Shown here piece after piece: positions 47,728 to 57,465 of a stretch of DNA of 64,000 nt. Below the pieces are notes generated by a model. The model made no database searches and was not told where the DNA came from. It was given only the letters and a program-made list of their open reading frames with translations. This stretch comes from an uncultured Verrucomicrobiae bacterium (GTDB lineage Bacteria > Verrucomicrobiota > Verrucomicrobiia > Chthoniobacterales > JAFAMB01), in assembly GCA_963762565.1 (NCBI GenBank), contig CAVXLD010000011.1, positions 96,001 to 160,000 on the forward strand, in the 5' to 3' direction. Every line of letters starts with the position of its first letter. Position 1 is the stretch's first letter. A program made the translations under genes and the position numbers.

Positions 47728-48681
47728 TTGAGGAAGCACCTTTCGCTTAAACGGTTAGCGTATGGCGGGCTGTTAGCGTTCTTCGCTAACCTTACCGGGG
47801 GTATTGTCTACGCTCAGGATATCGCGCCTTCTCAGAAATTGACGAGCTACCTTGAGAGCTCCACCGTTTCGCCGTTTTCCTACGAGTTAACGACCGATGG
47901 CGCGTATATTGGCAGCGGCTCGATCAGTCGCGGCCTTAGGTCAATCGGCGACTACAGTGAGATCTCCAATTCGGTCAACTTTGTCGTATCCGATCAAATC
48001 AAAGACTCCGTGATCCTGCGTTTGGGGATCGATTGGTCGCGCTATGCATTTGATAGTCAAAATCCGTTTGCGCCCATACCCGACGTCCTCAATGCCGTCG
48101 ACCTCCAGCTGGGTGCGGACGTGCAATTGAGTTCAGCCCTGCTGATGCGAATGGAGATCCACCCGGGTTTTTACGGCACTTTCGATGACATTGCGTTTCG
48201 AGACATCAACGTTCCTATTGTCGCGGGTCTCTCCTACTTTGTCAGTGCCGATTTCATTGTCACCCTCGGCGTCAGTGTCGATCTGAATTCTCAGATACCG
48301 GTTATTCCGGCGGTGGGTGTCCATTGGAAGCTATCGGATCGTTGGACCATCGATGGGGTTGCCCCGCGTCCACAACTGCAATACCAGCTCTCAGACAAAG
48401 TCACTCTCTTCGCCGGGGCCGATGTTCGGGAAACAACTTTTCGGATGAACAATGATTTCGGTACTAGCCACGGGACTCCAGCCCTGAACAGCTCCGTTCT
48501 CGATTATTGGGAGATCCGTGGGGGTGGCGGCTTAACCTGGTCCGTATACAAGAGCTTAAAATTGGACATGGAAGCAGGTGTTGTTCCTTTTCGTCAGTTC
48601 GATTACTATCGAGCAGACGTCAAAGCGGTATCGTCGGACTGGTTTCCCTACGTGCGCGTTGGATTATCCACGAAATTTTGA
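47728..48681 (+). CDS. Outer-membrane beta-barrel protein (DUF6268-like)
   Basis: Signal peptide, amphipathic strands, IPVIPAVGVHWK, C-terminal Phe; start TTG inferred. Confidence 0.75.
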   Translation: MRKHLSLKRLAYGGLLAFFANLTGGIVYAQDIAPSQKLTSYLESSTVSPFSYELTTDGAYIGSGSISRGLRSIGDYSEISNSVNFVVSDQIKDSVILRLGIDWSRYAFDSQNPFAPIPDVLNAVDLQLGADVQLSSALLMRMEIHPGFYGTFDDIAFRDINVPIVAGLSYFVSADFIVTLGVSVDLNSQIPVIPAVGVHWKLSDRWTIDGVAPRPQLQYQLSDKVTLFAGADVRETTFRMNNDFGTSHGTPALNSSVLDYWEIRGGGGLTWSVYKSLKLDMEAGVVPFRQFDYYRADVKAVSSDWFPYVRVGLSTKF

Positions 48682-48825
48682 CTCTACCCGGATGTTGAGG
48701 GAATTGGGGTTTAGACCATTGTTCTAAGCCGCAGAAAATCAGCCATGAAGGAATCAAAGTACCGATCGCCACAGCCGTTACCGGCATTACCGGCGTTCGC
48801 GCTCGCTCGCGCTCGTTAAAGTTCC

Positions 48826-49776
48826 ATGCCTAAGCCTCTCATTGTTCTCAATGATCTTGCGAAGAAGTTTGGCCACACCGCCGCTGTCGACAAGATCTCG
48901 ATGTCGATCGGTCAAGGTGAAGTTTTCGGCTTTCTTGGAGCGAATGGTGCAGGTAAGACCACTACCATCCGGATGTTATGCGGCCTCACGAAGCCAAGTG
49001 CCGGCAGCGCATCCATTGATGGGCTGGATGTCTGGAGGGACCGGTTCCGGATCCGCTCAAAGTTTGGGTATGTCTCACAGCGGTTTAGCCTCTACGCCGA
49101 CCTGACGGTGCGAGAAAATCTGCGTTTCTTTGCCGGCGCCTATCGGCAGGATCATATCAACGATCGGGTCGAACGAATGGTCAAAGAGATGGACCTCGAA
49201 TCCTATCGCGATTCCAGGGCAGGCAAACTTTCGGGCGGATACAGGCAGCTATTATCGATGGCCTGCGCGCTGATTCATGAACCAGCTTTACTTTTTCTCG
49301 ATGAACCGACCGCCGGACTCGATCCTGTCCATCGCCAGCAGATCTGGGATTTTCTTTACCAGGTGACCCAATCCGGAACCACCATCTTCGTAACGACCCA
49401 CTATATGGATGAGGCAGAGCGGTGTACAGATGTCGGGTTTGTCCAGCACGGACGGCTGGTGGCTAAGGGATCGCCCCGCCAGCTTAAGCAAGGACTAGGC
49501 GGCGATCTGCTTGAGGTCCACGTGGAGCCGTCTATGCCGGCGGTGTTGGAATTGAGGAAATTCCCGGGTATCAACGCAGTAGATCTACGGAGCGGCCGGT
49601 TGCGCATCCACGCTGCCGATCCGCAAGCTTTGATGGACCAATGGCAACAGTATTGGCCGTTCCCAGGACTAAAGTTCTATGGCTATTCCTGGGTAGAACC
49701 CGACATGGAAGACGTGTTTAATGCTTACGCCCAAGATCGTCATTCGCAGAAGCAGGTTGAGGCAGCTTTGAAATGA
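48826..49776 (+). CDS. ABC-2 type exporter ATP-binding protein
   Basis: GANGAGKTT, LSGG, LDEPTAGLD, TTHYMDEA. Confidence 0.95.
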   Translation: MPKPLIVLNDLAKKFGHTAAVDKISMSIGQGEVFGFLGANGAGKTTTIRMLCGLTKPSAGSASIDGLDVWRDRFRIRSKFGYVSQRFSLYADLTVRENLRFFAGAYRQDHINDRVERMVKEMDLESYRDSRAGKLSGGYRQLLSMACALIHEPALLFLDEPTAGLDPVHRQQIWDFLYQVTQSGTTIFVTTHYMDEAERCTDVGFVQHGRLVAKGSPRQLKQGLGGDLLEVHVEPSMPAVLELRKFPGINAVDLRSGRLRIHAADPQALMDQWQQYWPFPGLKFYGYSWVEPDMEDVFNAYAQDRHSQKQVEAALK

Positions 49777-51047
49777 ATTTGTTCGACTCCCTGAAAGCGG
49801 TTCTGACGATTGCTTATAAAGAATTTGTGCACGTCTGGCGGGACCGGCGAGTCCTGCTCTTGATCTTGGTCTTGCCGCCGTTCTTTACACTGGTGTTCGG
49901 ACATGCTTTTGAAGGGTCGTCGGTTCGTGACGTGGTGACCCTGTTCGCAAACGCCGACACGAGCAGCGAAAGCCAAAAGTTCGCCGATTTTCTCCACGGC
50001 AAGAACGTCCTTGATGCCTTGGTGGAGGGAAGTGATAACCCTGACAAAACGCAAAAGGACATCAATGATCTGTCGCAGAACCTCAAGGACACTTTTGTTT
50101 GGCGAAAACTTGTCGGGAACCCGACTGGCCCGATAGATCTGATCCAAAACGGTGCAGACGCCGCAGTAGTGATCCCGGAAGGGTGGGGACAGTCGCTCCA
50201 AAACGGTAAACCGATTGCGATGCGGGCCGTGCTGGATGGATCAGATACAAACACGGCGCCTGCGGTTCAAGCATTGCTCCAGCAGGCGTTGGGCCTCTTC
50301 CAGCTGAACGAGCGATATGAGCTAATCAAGAACCTGCCGGCCCAAGTGGTTGACTTGGGCGAGCAGCTATCGCCGGAGATCCAGCACGAATTCAGCTCTT
50401 CCCTGACGCCGTGGGAGTTTGACACCGAGATTCTGTACAATCCGAAGATGTTGTTCGTGGACTACGTGGTACCCGGCATGGTTGGGCTCATTTTACAACT
50501 GGTTACTGTGACTCTGATCGCCAGCACAATCACCCGTGAGCGGGAAGTGGGCACCTTGTCTCAGCTGTTGGTTACCCCGTTGCGACAGTCAGAGATCGTG
50601 GTCGGCAAGGTGTTGCCGTATCTCTTCATATCGATGTTTCTTATCGCCGGTACTATTGCGATCGGGCACCTCCACTTCGGGATAAAGATCCATCAGCCCC
50701 TGCTGCTATCGTTGGTTTGTTTCCTGTTTCTGCTCTGTTCGTTAGGGCTCGGTGTTTTGATCTCGGCGTTTTCTAAAACTCAGACTCAGGCGATTCAATT
50801 TTCGGTTTTTCTTTTGTTGCCGATCATTCTTTTATCCGGGGCGTTTGCGCCGCTCAGTCAGTTGCCCGGTAGTATCCGAATCTTCTCCGAGCTTTTTCCT
50901 TTAACCCATTTCTGTCGGGCCTTCCGGAGTGTGAACATGTACGGCGCCAATTTCGGGTTCATCGCTGCCGACCTTATCGCGCTAGCCGCCGGCGCCGTGA
51001 TCACCTGTGTCGGCGCCGCTTATCTCTTGCGGACCATAGATGATTAA
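49773..51047 (+). CDS. ABC-2 type exporter permease (YbhR/S-like)
   Basis: ATGA overlap with ATPase; REREVGTLSQLLVTP, LSGAFAP. Confidence 0.92.
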   Translation: MNLFDSLKAVLTIAYKEFVHVWRDRRVLLLILVLPPFFTLVFGHAFEGSSVRDVVTLFANADTSSESQKFADFLHGKNVLDALVEGSDNPDKTQKDINDLSQNLKDTFVWRKLVGNPTGPIDLIQNGADAAVVIPEGWGQSLQNGKPIAMRAVLDGSDTNTAPAVQALLQQALGLFQLNERYELIKNLPAQVVDLGEQLSPEIQHEFSSSLTPWEFDTEILYNPKMLFVDYVVPGMVGLILQLVTVTLIASTITREREVGTLSQLLVTPLRQSEIVVGKVLPYLFISMFLIAGTIAIGHLHFGIKIHQPLLLSLVCFLFLLCSLGLGVLISAFSKTQTQAIQFSVFLLLPIILLSGAFAPLSQLPGSIRIFSELFPLTHFCRAFRSVNMYGANFGFIAADLIALAAGAVITCVGAAYLLRTIDD

Positions 51048-51599
51048 ATGGGCCATACCGCGGGCTTCGTTCTCGTTCTCGTCGTCGTCCTTCCGCCTTC
51101 GCCAACCCCTTTTTGTGGAGCGCGCCTCGCTTGCGAGGCCGACCAAGGGCGGTTGGCAACATAGAACTCGGGCTACGGCTGACAAGCTGTCCTCGAATCC
51201 GCGCGACCGGAGTGATGGAGTAATGGAGTGCTGGAGTGTTGCGATGCCGGATTGCATGCCCAGTTCGAGGGGTCGCCACCCGTGGAGCGCGCCTCGCTTG
51301 CGAGGCCGTGGTGAGCAACGAGACGTCGTCAGATAGTACCCAGGTCAGAACAGCGCTCTATCGTTGAGGCAATCGAAGCAAGAGCGACGAAAGACTGGGA
51401 TCCTGTTCACCGGGCCAAACGATCCACGTCGCAGCTTTAACCGACTCGATACAGAGCGCAGATACGTTGGGATTGCCATCACGTTTCCGCCCTGTTCACC
51501 ACGGCCTCGCAAGCGAGGCAACGCTCCACGGGCGGCGACCCCTCGGCGGCAATCACCAATCACCCGTTCGACGCGTACCTGGCTTGAGCTTGCCGAAAG

Positions 51600-53774
51600 C
51601 TAATGCTTGCTCAGGGCGGGCTTCTCACTCCGTACCTTGCCAGTACGCTCCAAAAACGACGCCTGGGCATCCACTCGTGGGTCCTCGGACGGAACTCGAA
51701 TATACGGTCCCTCTGCTGCCAGCTGTTCCCGGGCCTTGACGTTGTCTCTCCAATAGGTGTCGAGAACATTCTCCACCTGTTCCCGCAACGATGCGTCTTC
51801 GACCGGGCAACTGATTTCGACACGGCGCAAGAAATTCCGTGCCGTCCAATCCGCACTCGCCAGATAGACCTCCGGGTTACCGGCATTTTCGAATCGATAA
51901 ACTCGGCTATGCTCCAAGAATCGGCCGACAATACTGCGTACAGTGATGTTCTCGCTGATCCCGGGTATACCAGGACGCAGACAGCAAACTCCCCTTACCA
52001 AAAGTCTAATCTTCACCCCCGCTTGTGAAGCCGAGTACAAAGCTTTGATGACCTCTTGGTCGGCCAACGCGTTTACCTTCACGTAGATCCCAGCCGGTTT
52101 ACCCTCCAAAGCGTGGCGTATTTCTCGCTGGATTAGCTCCAGTACGAATTCGTGCAACCCTTTTGGAGCCGCCTTAATCTTAGTTAAGTCAGGAAAAAGT
52201 GCGACGCCGGTTAACCAGTTAAAAAGTTCAGCCGTGTCGTCGGTGATTTGGGGGTCGCAGGTTAGTAAGCCAAAATCTTCATAACTCCTGGCGGTGGCCG
52301 GATTATAATTGCCGGTACCAAGATGGAGATATCGCCGAATGCCATTTTCTTCTCGTCGAACGACCAGCGCTAACTTCGCTCGGGTAATCAAGCCAGTGAT
52401 TCCATAAACCACGTGCGCACCCGCCTCTTGCAACATCCTGGCCCATTTAATATTGGATGCTTCTTCGAAGCTGGCTTTGAGCTCGATCACCACGGTTACC
52501 TGCTTCCCGCTTTCCGAGGCCTCCGCTAGGGCCTCGACTATGGGCGAAACGCCGCCGGTCCGGTAAAGCGTTTGTTTGATCGCCATCACCTGTGGGTCTT
52601 CAGCGGCTTGCCGAATGAAATCCACCACCGCCCCGAAACTATCGTAAGGATGATGCAACAATATCGACTTGGACCGGATCTGCGAAAAGATATCTTGGGT
52701 GTGCTCCGGCAGGGTCACTCGGGCTGGAACAAATGGGCGAAATTTGAGATCTGGTCGATCGATTTGCTCGACCACCGTCATTAAACGCAGAAAGTTGATG
52801 GGCCCGTCGACCTGATCGAGATCCTCTTCCGTTAATCCAAAGGTCTGGAGCAATTGATCGGCGATGTGCTTTGGACAATCAGATTGGACCTCCAAGCGAA
52901 CTGCGTCTCCTCGGCTACGCTTACGCAATTCATGTTCAACCGTCTCCAGAAAGTTATCGGTCTCTTCCTCGTCCAGGTAGAGGTTACTGTTTCGAGTAAC
53001 TCTGAATTGATAAGCTCCTTTTACGGTGACCCCGTGGAATAGAGAATGAACCTGGCTTTGAATCAGGTTCCCGATAAAAATATAGCGGTAGATTCCTCTC
53101 TCGCCAGCTCGATAAGGCAGCAGGCGAGGCAGGATATGCGGGACCTGGACGACTCCCAGATTGGTGCTGATGGTCTCGCCTTCCAGTTCCACCGCTACGT
53201 TAAGACTTTTATTAAGCAATTGCGGGAACGGATGATTTGGATCCACCGCCAGAGGCGTGAGCACGGGATGAACCGAATTTTGAAAGTAGTTGGTATAGTA
53301 CTGCTGTTCCTCGGGGGTCAGCTCGTCGCATCTTAGAAAGAAGATATTATTTTCCTCCAGGGCCGGTACCAATCTCTCTCTCCAAATCCGATACATGTCG
53401 TTCACCATCCGGCGAACCCGCCCGGAAATTGCGGCAAGTTGCTCGCTAGGTCCCATCCCGTCAGCGCCGGCCAAACTCAGGTGGCTTTGCCGCTGTTGTT
53501 TAAGGCCGGCCACCCGCACTTCGAAGAACTGATCCAGATTTGCCGCCACGATACAAAGAAACCTCAGGCGTTCCAGCAGAGGGTTGCTCGCGTCATCCAC
53601 CTCTTCCAGAACTCGCTCATGATATTCCAAAAGGCTCAGCTCGCGGTTGTTGTAGAGCGAAGGATTGGATAAATCCGGCCCGCTCGTGGTCCCCGCAGCA
53701 GACGATCCGTTTCGTTTATGGGCTGCGTTACTACGCGGTTCTGGAACACCTCTGATTCGTGCCGTACTCGACAT
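51600..53774 (-). CDS. ppk1: Polyphosphate kinase 1 homologue with substituted catalytic His
   Basis: NRELS, LHHPYDSF, IKQTLYRT, HLGTGNYN, GRFLEHSR; but LITRAK in place of LKTHAK. Confidence 0.9.
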   Translation of the reverse strand: MSSTARIRGVPEPRSNAAHKRNGSSAAGTTSGPDLSNPSLYNNRELSLLEYHERVLEEVDDASNPLLERLRFLCIVAANLDQFFEVRVAGLKQQRQSHLSLAGADGMGPSEQLAAISGRVRRMVNDMYRIWRERLVPALEENNIFFLRCDELTPEEQQYYTNYFQNSVHPVLTPLAVDPNHPFPQLLNKSLNVAVELEGETISTNLGVVQVPHILPRLLPYRAGERGIYRYIFIGNLIQSQVHSLFHGVTVKGAYQFRVTRNSNLYLDEEETDNFLETVEHELRKRSRGDAVRLEVQSDCPKHIADQLLQTFGLTEEDLDQVDGPINFLRLMTVVEQIDRPDLKFRPFVPARVTLPEHTQDIFSQIRSKSILLHHPYDSFGAVVDFIRQAAEDPQVMAIKQTLYRTGGVSPIVEALAEASESGKQVTVVIELKASFEEASNIKWARMLQEAGAHVVYGITGLITRAKLALVVRREENGIRRYLHLGTGNYNPATARSYEDFGLLTCDPQITDDTAELFNWLTGVALFPDLTKIKAAPKGLHEFVLELIQREIRHALEGKPAGIYVKVNALADQEVIKALYSASQAGVKIRLLVRGVCCLRPGIPGISENITVRSIVGRFLEHSRVYRFENAGNPEVYLASADWTARNFLRRVEISCPVEDASLREQVENVLDTYWRDNVKAREQLAAEGPYIRVPSEDPRVDAQASFLERTGKVRSEKPALSKH

Positions 53775-54151
53775 CCCAGATCATAGCTTATTTCTTTGAG
53801 GAGTTCGAGGAAGTTGGTAGGGCGGGCGAGCTCAGTCTAGCCCGCGAGGCTCCTGAATAGGGGTCGCCACCCGTGGAGCGCTGCCTCGCTTGCGAGGCCG
53901 ATGGTGAGCAGAGATAATGGTGTTGCAGGCTTGTCGTCGACCAGCGCTCTTTAAGCGTGTGCAGTTTCCGCATCTGAGAGTCCTAGGGAAACGAATTACC
54001 GAAATCCGAGCATCACATAGAGCGCAGACACATTTTAGTCTGACTCACGCTCTCCCATTGCTCACCATCGGCCTCGCAAGCGAGGCAGCGCTCCACGGGT
54101 CGCGATCCCGCCGCCTTTTGTTATCTTCTGTAAAAGATCTAGCTTACGCTG

Positions 54152-55066
54152 TTGAAGACTGTCTTAACCGAACTCTTGGAGATCGCCTGCGAAGAAGCGG
54201 GAGAACCCACCGGCGGGCCAGTCATTTTGCTGCATGGTTTCCCGGACGACGCGAAAGCCTGGGCTGCGGTAGCAAGAGATCTATCCGATGCCGGATTCTA
54301 TACGGTCGCTCCGTACCTGCGTGGCTTTGGCCCGACCCGGTTCCGGTATCCTGAAACACCGAGATCCGGTCAGCAGGCTGCCTTAGCTGCTGATCTCCGG
54401 GATTTGATGATAGCCCTCAACCTGCAGCAGCCGATTTTGGTAGGCTATGACTGGGGTGCTCGAGCCGCTTGCACAGTGGCTGCTCTTTGGCCAGCACAGG
54501 TTGGAGGGCTTGTTTCCATCGGTGGTTACAACATTGAAGATCTCGCGTCCGATCAAAGACCGGCCTCAGCCGCGGACGAACATCGAGCTTGGTACCAATG
54601 GTACTTTCATACCGAACGCGGCAAATTGGGTATGGAGCAAAACCGGCGCGCGATTTGCCGCTTATTATGGGAACTCTGGTGTCCCGACTGGACGTTTAGT
54701 GATGCTGAATTTAATGAAGCCGCGTGGAGCTTCGATAACCCTGACTTTGTAGATATCGTCGTCCATTCCTATCGCCATCGCTATGGGGCTGTGCTCGGCG
54801 ACCCGGCGCTGGAATCAATCGAGCGACAGTTGGTTGGCCAACCGGTTATACAAGTGCCAACCATCGTTCTCCACGGGGAAGGGGATGGCGTTCATCCTCC
54901 GGAACGTTCCGAGGGCCAGGAAAAACTCTTTTCCGGTTATTACGAACGCTGGCTGATTCCTCACGCCGGTCATTTATTCCCGCGCGAAGCCCCGGACGCC
55001 GTCATAGCCGCGGTTCAAAAACTAGCCCGCCTCTCCACTGGGACAGAAGATAAGCTGAAGGACTGA
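54152..55066 (+). CDS. Alpha/beta hydrolase (epoxide hydrolase-like)
   Basis: LLHGFPD, GYDWG, GHLFPRE. Confidence 0.9.
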   Translation: MKTVLTELLEIACEEAGEPTGGPVILLHGFPDDAKAWAAVARDLSDAGFYTVAPYLRGFGPTRFRYPETPRSGQQAALAADLRDLMIALNLQQPILVGYDWGARAACTVAALWPAQVGGLVSIGGYNIEDLASDQRPASAADEHRAWYQWYFHTERGKLGMEQNRRAICRLLWELWCPDWTFSDAEFNEAAWSFDNPDFVDIVVHSYRHRYGAVLGDPALESIERQLVGQPVIQVPTIVLHGEGDGVHPPERSEGQEKLFSGYYERWLIPHAGHLFPREAPDAVIAAVQKLARLSTGTEDKLKD

Positions 55067-55069
55067 GTT

Positions 55070-55770
55070 TTTTTTACAGAAGGTAACGAAGCTAAGGAAG
55101 GATTATTCGTTCGCGGCTGCGCATGTGTCGGAAGGCGGTTCAATCCTTCGTGCCGTTCAACTCCTTTCGTAACGAATTCTGTATCATAGGTAGAAGGCGA
55201 GGTTGTCTTAGCGTCCACGGTCGCTCTAATAATCCGAGCATGCACCCAGACTTTCAAAAAGCGATGGATTTTACAAAGGTCATCATCAATTCTGCCATTG
55301 AAGTACATCGAGACAAAGGTCCTGGCTTGTTTGAATCAATTTATCAATGGTGCCTGGAGAAAGAATTGGAGCTGCGCTCCCTGTCGTTTGTCAGCCAGAA
55401 AGCGGTGACGATCCATTACAAGGGATTTACAAAAGACGAGCCGCTTCGTTTCGATATCCTCGTCGAAGATTCCCTGTTGGTTGAAGCGAAATCTGTCGCA
55501 AAAGTCCTACCGATTCATAAGGCGCAAACATTGAGCTACATGAAACTGCTCAATGTGCCGGTCGGGTTGCTGCTCAATTTCAACGAGATGAGGCTGGTAG
55601 ACGGCGTGCATCGCCTGATACTCCCAGGAGCAAATCGTTAGCGTACGAACCAGATAGAATAAGAAGAGAAAGTTTTAAGGAGATCCCTAAGGCGTAGCCC
55701 GTTCTCATTCGCCATGGGACTCAGAAAGCTCTAAAAATCCTTCGTTAGCTTCGTTCCCTTCTGTAAAAAA
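55070..55770. mobile_element. Putative element: GxxExxY gene between 35-bp terminal inverted repeats
   Basis: 55070-55104 vs 55736-55770, 33/35 identical in inverted orientation; mobility not shown. Confidence 0.6.
55240..55641 (+). CDS. GxxExxY protein (PD-(D/E)XK nuclease-like)
   Basis: VHRDKGPGLFESIYQWCL, FDILVE...VEAKSV, QTLSYMK, GLLLNF. Confidence 0.92.
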   Translation: MHPDFQKAMDFTKVIINSAIEVHRDKGPGLFESIYQWCLEKELELRSLSFVSQKAVTIHYKGFTKDEPLRFDILVEDSLLVEAKSVAKVLPIHKAQTLSYMKLLNVPVGLLLNFNEMRLVDGVHRLILPGANR

Positions 55771-55825
55771 TTCTTGGTTTTCTCTCCCTTAGCTTCGTTT
55801 GCTCCTGTACTGCTTTGTGGTGGTC

Positions 55826-56464
55826 ATGAAAACGATTCTTTGTTTCGGTGATTCCAATACTTGGGGGTATCGGCCTGATGGCGCCGGTCGATTTGAATGG
55901 GAAGTGCGCTGGCCTGGCGTTCTCCAACGCGAATTGTCAGGTTACGCACGGGTAATCGAAGAGGGACTCAATGCCCGCACCTCGGTTTTTGATGACCCGG
56001 TAGAAGGAGTCGCCGTTTGCCGGAATGGATCGCGTCACTTGCCGGTTTTGTTGGAGACCCATCGGCCCTTGGATCTGGTGGTCATCTTTCTCGGGGTAAA
56101 CGACCTGAAGCGGCGGTTCAATGCAGCGCCCTTCGATATCGCTCAAGGGTCAAGCCAGCTGGTGGGGATGGTTCAACGTTCGTTAGCCGGCCCGGAGGGG
56201 AAAGCGCCGCAGGTGCTCTTGATTTGTCCGCCGCCAGTCAAAGTCCTTAACGCTTTGGCGGGTCTTTTTGAAGGAGCGATTGCCAAATCCAGCGGCTTAG
56301 CCAGTGAATATGCTTGGCAAGCCGGCCGAGCCGGCTGTCATTTTCTTGACGCCGGCGCCATCGTTAGCCTAAGTCCGGAGGACGGGATCCATTTGGATGC
56401 GGAAGGCCATAGCGCTTTGGGCTCTAGAGTCGCCGAGGTTGCGAGAAACATTCTCTCGCAATGA
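55826..56464 (+). CDS. SGNH/GDSL hydrolase (arylesterase-like)
   Basis: FGDSNTWG, EEGLNART, LGVND, DGIH. Confidence 0.92.
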   Translation: MKTILCFGDSNTWGYRPDGAGRFEWEVRWPGVLQRELSGYARVIEEGLNARTSVFDDPVEGVAVCRNGSRHLPVLLETHRPLDLVVIFLGVNDLKRRFNAAPFDIAQGSSQLVGMVQRSLAGPEGKAPQVLLICPPPVKVLNALAGLFEGAIAKSSGLASEYAWQAGRAGCHFLDAGAIVSLSPEDGIHLDAEGHSALGSRVAEVARNILSQ

Positions 56465-56542
56465 ATAGCGACGAAGAGTCGCGCAAACGCAGGCAGAATC
56501 TTGGCCTCTAACTCCCGTCGAGGAACGAAACCGCGTACGCCA

Positions 56543-57289
56543 CTACGACGATAACTTCAGCCCGATCGCGCTGACCCAGGATTGGGCGAACAAACTCCAA
56601 GGTAATAGCGCCCATTCGCGTAACCTCGCACCACACTCATTATGTTCGGCTTGTTCTAATTGAATCGCCAAGTATTCCGCGATTATGCGTGAGTCCGAAT
56701 AACATTCGTAACGAGCCTGAACCTTCTGTGCTGCCAAACCGCCGGCTACTAACCACGATCCAAGTTGTCGACCAGCCAGCGTTTTTCCTCCATTCTTCTC
56801 CTGCAACATCCTATACTGCCTGATTGCGGTCTCCACCCGGTCGTCGCTTGGACTCAAAATAAATCCGCCCCAGTCCGGGCTACATAGTCCAGCCAAACCA
56901 CCCGGTCGCAGAACCCGCTGAATCTCGCGAACCCCTCGAACCGGGTCCGCCAGATGCTCGAACAGGGCATGGGAGAACACTAAGTCAAAAGTATTGTTTT
57001 CGAAGGGCAGGTCATAAACTGAAGCCACTTGAAACGTGAGAATTGGGGTGGCACGCGACTTGGCGACCTCAATCTGCGATTCACCGAAATCGATACCGGT
57101 AACGTGACCATCCGGTCCGACTGCTTCCGCCAGCCCGATTGAAATCGCGCCCGGACCGCAGCCGCAATCTAGCACTTTCATTCCCGGTCTGAGATAGGGC
57201 CTGATAAACTCACCGTGGCTGCCGAACGAGCGTGATGCCATAAAGGCGGTCGCGTTAGCCGAATGCCCTGGAGTGTACTGTTCGTCCAT
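56543..57289 (-). CDS. Class I SAM-dependent methyltransferase
   Basis: VLDCGCGPG, LPFENNTFDLV, RVLRPGG. Confidence 0.9.
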   Translation of the reverse strand: MDEQYTPGHSANATAFMASRSFGSHGEFIRPYLRPGMKVLDCGCGPGAISIGLAEAVGPDGHVTGIDFGESQIEVAKSRATPILTFQVASVYDLPFENNTFDLVFSHALFEHLADPVRGVREIQRVLRPGGLAGLCSPDWGGFILSPSDDRVETAIRQYRMLQEKNGGKTLAGRQLGSWLVAGGLAAQKVQARYECYSDSRIIAEYLAIQLEQAEHNECGARLREWALLPWSLFAQSWVSAIGLKLSS

Positions 57290-57465
57290 CCAATGAATCT
57301 CACGCAAAGACGCAAAGTCGCAAAGAGAAGGGCATAGACTTCGGATGAAGTTCCACGAAAAATGCGTGAAATCCACACTGGTGAAACACAAACCAAACGA
57401 GGTGATCGCCTCACACGCTGCGCCTTTCTTCCACCTATCACCAATCACCAATCACCAATCACCAA

